From positions 1 through 13,728 of the IMG/VR virus record IMGVR_UViG_3300028019_000001: a DNA stretch of 13,728 bases; one strand, 5' to 3'. The notes beneath the pieces were generated by a model. It had not been told where the DNA came from. It did no database searches and saw only the letters and a list, made by a program, of their open reading frames with translations. Position 1 is the first letter of the stretch, and each line of letters begins with the position of its first letter. This DNA comes from a virus. Of this stretch, positions 7,588 through 12,226 are shown in pieces. The position numbers and the translations under genes are program-made.

Positions 7588-7612
7588 GCGGGTTCGAGTC
7601 CCGCCCGGCTGC
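7588..7612 (+). other. tRNA 3'-end-like segment (T-arm GCGGG-TTCGAGT-CCCGC plus 7-nt acceptor-like CCGGCTG and one further base); not a complete tRNA
   Basis: Canonical GGTTCGAGTCC T-loop with a perfect 5-bp stem, read directly. I could not fold an anticodon arm, D-arm or matching 5' acceptor strand upstream. It is therefore a fragment, possibly an att-core relic. Confidence 0.45.
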
Positions 7613-7630
7613 CCCGCCTAGCATGGGCGC

Positions 7631-7948
7631 ATGAGCGAACCACTCGCACGATACGAGTTCCCGCCGGGGGCCAAGATCATCTCGTACTGCCCGCTGTGCT
7701 CGTGGCAGCACCACGACGGGCCGCTGCCGGAAGGGTCCGGGGCGACCGCCGACGAGGTGGCCGCGGACATCCTGGCGAAGCACTTCGCTGCCCTCGAGGA
7801 GATCAGCCGGGCTCACCTGGAAACCCATTCGCTCCTGGAGTGGGCACAGGAAGTGACGCGGCTCGGGGGCGAGGCGGCACGGCTCGAGGTCGAGGCGGAA
7901 CGGCTGCGCGGGATCGTGGCCGAACTAACTCCGAAACAGCGGGCGTGA
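7631..7948 (+). CDS. Hypothetical protein (105 aa) with one CxxC and a C-terminal coiled-coil
   Basis: Good GC3 in this frame, in contrast to the overlapping ORFs 7438..8001 and 7391..7828. No clear Shine-Dalgarno sequence. Confidence 0.7.
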   Translation: MSEPLARYEFPPGAKIISYCPLCSWQHHDGPLPEGSGATADEVAADILAKHFAALEEISRAHLETHSLLEWAQEVTRLGGEAARLEVEAERLRGIVAELTPKQRA

Positions 7949-8117
7949 AACAGGTGAAGCAACCCTATCCGGACAGGAAGTGCCCTCAATTCCTGTCCTG
8001 ACCTGCGGAAATGCCGTCCGTTTGGCGTATCGCCAGGTGAAACAGCTCGTGGCCTGAAACTGTTTCTTTCCCAGGTCAGAGCCGGTTTTACGGTGCTCGG
8101 CGCGCTGCTGTTTCACC
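7933..8117. repeat. Cluster of GAAACAG / GTGAAACAG motifs in both orientations
   Basis: GAAACAG at 7933-7939. GTGAAACAG at 7945-7953 and 8037-8045. CTGTTTC at 8060-8066, within GAAAC-T-GTTTC at 8056-8066. CTGTTTCAC at 8108-8116. GGTGAAACAG (8036-8045) is the exact reverse complement of CTGTTTCACC (8108-8117). Confidence 0.7.
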
Positions 8118-8176
8118 GGCGCGCATGACGGCGCCCCGTCGCTCAAGGGAGCAGGCGGGGCGCTGTCTCGGCCGGG

Positions 8177-8437
8177 TCACACGTGGTCGTCGGCCCACTC
8201 GCCGCTCTTACGGTCGAGCAGCGGCTTGCGGTAGTGCGCGCCATGGTGCTCCTCCAGCTCCATCAGCACGTCGGCCAGCGCGTGAATGAGCACGCGGCGG
8301 GCGCGCTGGTCAGTCACGCTGGCGAGCCGCTGGCCGCTCTTGAAAGCGAAGACAACGGGCCGCACGGCCCACCGCAGGTACGCGCCCGCGGCGAGCACGG
8401 CCGCCGCGATGATGCCGGTAATGATCAAGATGTTCAC
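8177..8437 (-). CDS. Small membrane protein (86 aa from GTG), N-terminal transmembrane helix
   Basis: Start trimmed from ORF 8177..8536 to the GTG at 8437 (VNILIITGIIAAAVLAAGAYL...), with GGGGA upstream. The upstream extension is Arg-rich and overlaps a strong hairpin. The exact start is uncertain. Confidence 0.6.
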   Translation of the reverse strand: MNILIITGIIAAAVLAAGAYLRWAVRPVVFAFKSGQRLASVTDQRARRVLIHALADVLMELEEHHGAHYRKPLLDRKSGEWADDHV

Positions 8438-8484
8438 AATCGTCCCCACTCGGGTTATCTCACGTCTTCGGGAAACCGGGCGCC

Positions 8485-8525
8485 GGGGGGGCGGGACGTC
8501 CGCTGAGCAGACGCCCCGCGCCCCC
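8485..8525. terminator. GC-rich imperfect hairpin (14 pairs across a 16-position stem, 9-nt loop)
   Basis: GGGGGGCGGGACGTC (8486-8500) pairs with GACGCCCCGCGCCCC (8510-8524), extended by G8485-C8525; mismatches at 8490/8520 and 8496/8514. It lies between the nuclease remnant and the small membrane gene on the minus strand. No T-tract. Confidence 0.3.
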
Positions 8526-8561
8526 TGGCGGTTCACTCGCGGGCCACCGCGCCGTTTTCAG

Positions 8562-9014
8562 CTACGGAGCGGGTGCCCGCCGGGGCGCGGCCACCGTGCC
8601 GTCCTTGAATACGGCGCGGGTGCCACTGTCGGGAGCTGTCAGACGGGCATCCGGTGCCGTCGCCGGTACCGGAGGGTGGCGCGCCGGTTGCGCCGCCGCC
8701 GGGCCTTGTCGGCGTTGATCACGGCGGCCCCGGCGAGCGCTCTGACGCCAGCCTCGACCACCTCGGGACACGTGGCCCACAGCCATGCTGCCGAGGATCA
8801 TGCCGTGCACGACCGTGCCGAGATCCATGCTCTTGGTCGACTGTTTCGGATGCCGCCGGAAGTGGTCGAAGATCGCCGGGCAGTTCGGGGGCATCAGCAG
8901 CCGCGAACTGGTGACCGACAGCGACCCGCCGTCGACGGGATCAGCGTGGTACTGGTCTTCGGGGATGTCGCCGTAGAGGCCGGGTTCGGTGATGGTGCCG
9001 GTGAACTCAGGCAT
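8562..9014 (-). CDS. PD-(D/E)XK nuclease-like (RecE/DUF3799-type) protein, N-terminal part only; probable frameshift near 8780 and truncation (pseudogene candidate)
   Basis: ATG at 9014 has a GGAGGAG RBS and an 8-nt overlap with the upstream stop. GLYGDIPEDQYHADPVDGGSLSVTSSRLLMPPNCPAIFDHF...MDLGTVVHGMILG matches the conserved N-terminus of this family as I remember it. After ILGS the called frame becomes Arg-rich with poor GC3. The +1 frame (..CPEVVEAGVRALAGAAVINADKARRRRNRRATLRY.., stop at 8639-8641) carries the GC3 signal. No catalytic D...ExK region is visible. Confidence 0.55.
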   Translation of the reverse strand: MPEFTGTITEPGLYGDIPEDQYHADPVDGGSLSVTSSRLLMPPNCPAIFDHFRRHPKQSTKSMDLGTVVHGMILGSMAVGHVSRGGRGWRQSARRGRRDQRRQGPAAAQPARHPPVPATAPDARLTAPDSGTRAVFKDGTVAAPRRAPAP

Positions 9015-9234
9015 CGGGCGCTCCTCCGGTTTCGGCGGGGCGCAGGTTGTAGGTCTGGTAGTCGTCGCAGTAGCCGGGGCAGGTGCAGCCGCCGCACGCG
9101 AAGCAGTGCTGGTGGTCGCATTGCCACTGGTCGAAGTCGTCGTAGCAGGCTTCGTCGCAGTCGTGCTCGCAGGGCTCCGCCTCGTAATCGCAGGGCTCCG
9201 CCTCGTAATCGCCGTCGTACAGCTGACTAGCCAT
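9007..9234 (-). CDS. Hyper-acidic Cys-rich small protein (75 aa: 10 Cys, 12 Asp, 7 Glu, 1 Arg, 0 Lys)
   Basis: Start trimmed to the ATG at 9234 (GGGGGA RBS, 8-nt overlap with the upstream stop). Sequence: MASQLYDGDYEAEPCDYEAEPCEHDCDEACYDDFDQWQCDHQHCFACGGCTCPGYCDDYQTYNLRPAETGGAPDA. Confidence 0.7.
   Translation of the reverse strand: MASQLYDGDYEAEPCDYEAEPCEHDCDEACYDDFDQWQCDHQHCFACGGCTCPGYCDDYQTYNLRPAETGGAPDA
9169..9210. repeat. Perfect 21-bp tandem duplication (GCAGGGCTCCGCCTCGTAATC x2) encoding DYEAEPC x2
   Basis: Read directly: 9169-9189 equals 9190-9210. In frame within CDS 9007..9234. Confidence 0.9.
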
Positions 9235-9532
9235 CGGTCCCCCTGCCTGCGGTGGTCTTGAGTGCACCGCACCAGCCGGATTCCATGCACGGCACGACGC
9301 AGACGCAGTCGCCGGGGTCGCCGATCTCGGTGAGGTCGCTGCAGAACCCGCACGGCTCGATACGGGCGAGCTCGTCGGCGAGCTCCCCGGCACGGCGCAG
9401 GACGATCCGGAGGCCGACCGCGATCAGGCAGAGCACCAGGCCGGCAGGCAGGCCCCACGGCCATCCGGCCGCAGCGCCGATCGCGGCCGCGGCGGCGACG
9501 CAGACCAGGGCGTACGGCAGGTGGCGCCTCAC
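9227..9532 (-). CDS. Membrane protein with Cys-rich C-terminal domain (101 aa)
   Basis: GTG at 9532 with a GTGA overlap with the upstream stop. Hydrophobic LPYALVCVAAAAAIGAAAGWPWGLPAGLVLCLIAVGL is followed by CGFCSDLTEIGDPGDCVCVVPCMESGWCG. Confidence 0.7.
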   Translation of the reverse strand: MRRHLPYALVCVAAAAAIGAAAGWPWGLPAGLVLCLIAVGLRIVLRRAGELADELARIEPCGFCSDLTEIGDPGDCVCVVPCMESGWCGALKTTAGRGTDG

Positions 9533-9984
9533 TGGCGTTCCCCTTCCTCGCCGCACTCCAGGCACCGGTAACCCGGATACGGTGACCCTTGGCATGTGCC
9601 GCAGGTGTACTCGCCGATCATCGTGATGAGGGTGCTGCCGACGACGCTGGCGAGCTTGGCGGCGATGTCGAGCGAGACGTTGGTGCCGTTGACGGCCCGG
9701 GCGATGGTCGGCGCGCTGACTCCGGCGCGTTCCTCCAGTTCGCCCTGTGTCCACCCGAGTGCGCGCAGCCGGGCGCGCAGGTGGGTGGCGTAGCGGGCCA
9801 TCACATCCGGTGTCTCCGGCTTGTCTCCCGTGCCATCGCCGCATACGGAGCAGTTGCCGGAGTCGCAGTAGTGACTAGCAGGGACGGGTGTTTCCTCCGC
9901 CTCCGCGTTGGCTCCCGGCATGCTGGCCAGCACGCGGGCGGCGATCGCGCCGCGGTTCGGACGCGGGTAGAGGTCGTCGGTCAT
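9529..9984 (-). CDS. XRE-family helix-turn-helix protein flanked by Cys clusters (151 aa); candidate repressor/regulator
   Basis: ATG at 9984 with an ATGA overlap. LRARLRALGWTQGELEERAGVSAPTIARAVNGTNVSLDIAAKLASVVG is a typical HTH_3/XRE motif. HYCDSGNCSVCG lies upstream of it and CGTCQGSPYPGYRCLECG (CxxC-N9-CxxC zinc-ribbon pattern) lies downstream. Confidence 0.8.
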   Translation of the reverse strand: MTDDLYPRPNRGAIAARVLASMPGANAEAEETPVPASHYCDSGNCSVCGDGTGDKPETPDVMARYATHLRARLRALGWTQGELEERAGVSAPTIARAVNGTNVSLDIAAKLASVVGSTLITMIGEYTCGTCQGSPYPGYRCLECGEEGERQ

Positions 9985-10238
9985 ACCCACCACTCCCCCC
10001 ACCGGTTGAGCCGGTCGTTCAGCCGGGCTTTCAGGTGCCGGCGGCCGACGCCGTGCACCACGCCGACGGGGCACTGATCGGGGCCGAGGTTGTCGGCGTA
10101 GGGCCGCAGCGTGGCCTCCCACACGCGCCCCAGGCCGTCGACGCGAATGCGCCGGATGTCGGCGACGACCCGGCCGCCGCAGGTGGCGACGGGGTTACGC
10201 CACAGCCGCCGCCACCGCTTGATCCGGATGGTGCTCAT
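9981..10238 (-). CDS. Hypothetical basic protein (85 aa)
   Basis: ATG at 10238 with an ATGA overlap with the upstream stop, and the stop overlaps the next start. Good GC3. ORF 9981..10523 trimmed. Confidence 0.7.
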   Translation of the reverse strand: MSTIRIKRWRRLWRNPVATCGGRVVADIRRIRVDGLGRVWEATLRPYADNLGPDQCPVGVVHGVGRRHLKARLNDRLNRWGEWWV

Positions 10239-10516
10239 GACGCGCCGCCCGGCAATGCAAGCTGCTCGCCGTCGGTGAACACCTGCTCGTCGCGGCGCGC
10301 GCCGAACGACGGCCCGGCGTAGGCGTAGCGGGCCGTCTTGCGGCGCAGTTCGCGGCCGAGGCGGGCGAGCAGCACCAGGCGGCGCGGCCACCGCGCGGCG
10401 GCGATCTCCTCCAGCGCGATGATCCGGGCCTCGAGGTGGCTCAGCTTCTCCTCGGTGACGTACTCCGACCACACGGCATCGCGGGCGAACTGCTCGGCGT
10501 CGAACGGGGCGCTCAC
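10235..10516 (-). CDS. Hypothetical protein (93 aa), paralogue of 10513..10860
   Basis: GTG at 10516 with a GTGA overlap. FDAEQFARDAVWSEYVTEEKLSHLEARIIALEEIAAARWPRRLVLLARLGRELR aligns with LDVERFARASNYQSWLTDWAISALEDRVVRIEELIAARWWQRPGVRRKLARELR in the upstream gene. Confidence 0.75.
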   Translation of the reverse strand: MSAPFDAEQFARDAVWSEYVTEEKLSHLEARIIALEEIAAARWPRRLVLLARLGRELRRKTARYAYAGPSFGARRDEQVFTDGEQLALPGGAS

Positions 10517-10860
10517 AGGGCATCCTCGCTGCCAGCGTTCCGGGCGCGGGTCACCTGCGGGATCCGCACCTCGCCTGCGTACTGCACGCGGCGGGTCGCG
10601 AAGTCGCGCGGCATCCAGTCGCCGTACCCGGCGACCGAGGCGCGCAGCTCGCGCGCCAGCTTCCGGCGCACGCCGGGCCGCTGCCACCAGCGGGCGGCGA
10701 TCAGCTCCTCAATGCGGACAACGCGGTCCTCGAGCGCGCTGATCGCCCAGTCGGTGAGCCAGCTCTGATAGTTGCTCGCGCGGGCGAACCGCTCGACATC
10801 GAGCGGTTCGCGCAGCGCTGCGTTCTCCTCGCGCAGGCGATCGGTCGCGGTTGCGGCCAT
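10513..10860 (-). CDS. Hypothetical protein (115 aa), first gene of the leftward operon, paralogue of 10235..10516
   Basis: ATG at 10860 with a GAGGAG RBS 5 nt upstream. Strong GC3. Confidence 0.8.
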   Translation of the reverse strand: MAATATDRLREENAALREPLDVERFARASNYQSWLTDWAISALEDRVVRIEELIAARWWQRPGVRRKLARELRASVAGYGDWMPRDFATRRVQYAGEVRIPQVTRARNAGSEDAL

Positions 10861-10914
10861 TACGCTCCTCAGGTCGGAGCGTCAGACAAGGATAATCCTC
10901 GCGGTACGTTGCCT

Positions 10915-10940
10915 CGTGACCTGCGTTTTAGCAGGTCACG
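10915..10940. promoter_or_regulatory. Perfect 10-bp inverted repeat CGTGACCTGC-GTTTTA-GCAGGTCACG, candidate operator of the leftward operon
   Basis: Read directly. It lies 55-80 nt upstream of the ATG at 10860, in the 403-nt divergent control region. Confidence 0.5.
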
Positions 10941-11070
10941 CACGTAGCTTAGGCTTGGATACGGGATGAGTAGCCGGTCTGACGCCATCGGTTGAATTAG
11001 CCGCTTGAGCTGGCACTTCTCCGCTCAAGTGGCATCACTATTGCACGCGCGTAGTTGCTCTGTCAAGTAT

Positions 11071-11131
11071 CCGTGTTTCGCGGGACATGAGACCTCGCAC
11101 CGTGCTTCCGGTGTTTGCGGGACATCCGACC
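11071..11131 (+). repeat. Two imperfect 24-nt direct repeats, CCGTGTTTCGCGGGACATGAGACC (11071-11094) and CCGGTGTTTGCGGGACATCCGACC (11108-11131)
   Basis: Read directly. The shared core is GTGTTT(C)GCGGGACAT..GACC, with copies 37 bp apart, in the divergent control region upstream of the rightward operon. Confidence 0.6.
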
Positions 11132-11263
11132 AATCGGCCATAGTGAGCATCGTCCGTGGAACTACACGGAGGTTTTTACCCGAAGACCGCTGGAATGTCA
11201 GTGGCCTCGGTCATCCTGAATCCGGCACACGACACCCGTGGGCTACTACGCACGTAAGTCCCG

Positions 11264-11626
11264 ATGCACAGGACGGTGATCACGATAACAGCTTCATCTA
11301 CGCGCGCCCCCAACCCGGATTACCCCCCGACGCGCACCACACCCGGCGCCCTGGCCCGCCTCGTGACCGAGGACTGGTCCCGGATGACCGCCGCGGCCAA
11401 CGCCAGCCCCAACCACGTCGGCAGCGCCGAGCGGTGGACGAAGAAGGCCCGCGAGGCTAATCCCGCGCTCGACGACAACCAGGCGTACCGCCTCGGCCAG
11501 CTCCTCAAGCGGCAGTTCTACCAGGCCATCGGAAGGAAGTCCGCCGAGGCCCGCCGACTCGCCCGCGACGCACAGCGGATCGAAACCGAGGCCCGGGCCG
11601 AGCTCGCCAGCGCCGAGGCGGGCTGA
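11264..11626 (+). CDS. Hypothetical protein (up to 120 aa), first gene of the rightward operon
   Basis: GC3 bias from about 11300 onward. No Shine-Dalgarno sequence before the ATG at 11264, so it may be leaderless; alternative starts are GTG 11276 or the ATG near 11384. C-terminal helical region: QAYRLGQLLKRQFYQAIGRKSAEARRLARDAQRIETEARAEL. Confidence 0.6.
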   Translation: MHRTVITITASSTRAPNPDYPPTRTTPGALARLVTEDWSRMTAAANASPNHVGSAERWTKKAREANPALDDNQAYRLGQLLKRQFYQAIGRKSAEARRLARDAQRIETEARAELASAEAG

Positions 11627-11666
11627 CCGGCCGCTCATGCCTTACCCGCTAAGATCATCGGTATCG

Positions 11667-11690
11667 GGCGGCCCTATCGCCAGGGCCGCC
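11667..11690 (+). terminator. GC-rich hairpin GGCGGCCCT-ATCGCC-AGGGCCGCC (9-bp stem)
   Basis: Read directly, 41 nt after the stop at 11626. No T-tract follows; I recall such terminators being described in high-GC actinobacteria, but this is unproven here. Confidence 0.35.
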
Positions 11691-11890
11691 GACGCTGTCA
11701 CAAAGGCCATGGCCACCGCGAAGAGCGCCCGCGAGGCGCTAGAGGCGGGCGCGCCGGCGAAGGTGAAGGCGGAGCCGTACAGGCCGCGCGGTGCTCTTGC
11801 CGCGCCTGATGGCCTGCGCATCCCATACCCGCGCGGTCGCTGTGGTGAATCCTGCCCGCCGACCGGCCCTCACCCCCGGAGGCCGCACCC

Positions 11891-12121
11891 ATGCCCGAAC
11901 GACGACAGCGGAATGTCCGCCCTGAGATTGCCAGCGCCCGCGCTCGCCTCGCCGCGCTGACCGCGCGCCGCGCTGATCCCGACGCCATCGCGACCGCCAG
12001 GGCCGCCCTCGCGTCCGCCAGGGCGCGAGCCGCGGTATGCGAGCTGCTCGGCCTGCCCGCGGCCGAGCGTATGCAGCTCGCCGGGCTCTTGCTCACCGGG
12101 AGCGGTGGCGATGGCACCTGA
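11891..12121 (+). CDS. Hypothetical Ala/Arg-rich helical protein (76 aa)
   Basis: GGAGG lies 8 nt upstream of the ATG. Good GC3. Confidence 0.65.
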   Translation: MPERRQRNVRPEIASARARLAALTARRADPDAIATARAALASARARAAVCELLGLPAAERMQLAGLLLTGSGGDGT

Positions 12122-12130
12122 CAAGCGAAA

Positions 12131-12154
12131 CGGCCCGCACCGGAGCACGGGCCG
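12131..12154 (+). terminator. Hairpin CGGCCCG-N10-CGGGCCG (7-bp stem)
   Basis: Read directly, 10 nt after the stop at 12121. No T-tract. Confidence 0.25.
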
Positions 12155-12226
12155 CCAGAAGTCGCCGCCAACGACTAACGCCAGCATAACCGGGTACTTC
12201 GCTGTGCGCGGCGAGGCGGCGCGGTT

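Noticed and set aside
7540-7612. A complete tRNA gene ending at the T-arm at 7588-7612
   Set aside because: No anticodon stem-loop, D-arm or 5' acceptor strand complementary to CCGGCTG can be folded from the upstream 60 nt. Only the 3' fragment is tRNA-like.
7438-8001. ORF 7438..8001 (187 aa) as a single gene
   Set aside because: It is a composite. Its first ~45 codons are the tail of the regulator remnant. It then crosses the tRNA-like segment and runs out of frame over the better-supported CDS 7631..7948.
8114-8135. CACCGGCGCGCA 12-mer shared with the terminal repeat region (13701-13712), and the GAAACGGCCCGC 12-mer shared between 894-905 and 12127-12138
   Set aside because: In 13.7 kb of strongly biased composition, tens of exact 12-mer pairs are expected by chance. 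There is no extended similarity around either pair.
11030-11045. Near-consensus sigma-54 promoter TGGCAT-N5-TTGCA facing the rightward operon
   Set aside because: The spacing and the GG/GC dinucleotides fit the -24/-12 consensus. However, the codon usage and gene families point to an actinobacterial host, and that phylum lacks rpoN. This is probably a chance match, worth revisiting only if the host turns out to be a high-GC proteobacterium such as a myxobacterium.
11005-11460. ORF 11005..11460 (151 aa) spanning the control region
   Set aside because: Poor GC3, an implausible amino-acid sequence, and it covers the repeat and hairpin-rich intergenic region. Its downstream part overlaps the better frame 11264..11626.
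11637-11960. ORF 11637..11960 (or from ATG 11709) as a gene between 11626 and 11891
   Set aside because: Only about 27 codons (11709-11790) show good GC3. The 5' part overlaps the hairpin at 11667-11690, and the 3' part runs out of phase over the well-supported gene 11891..12121. Left uncalled as ambiguous.
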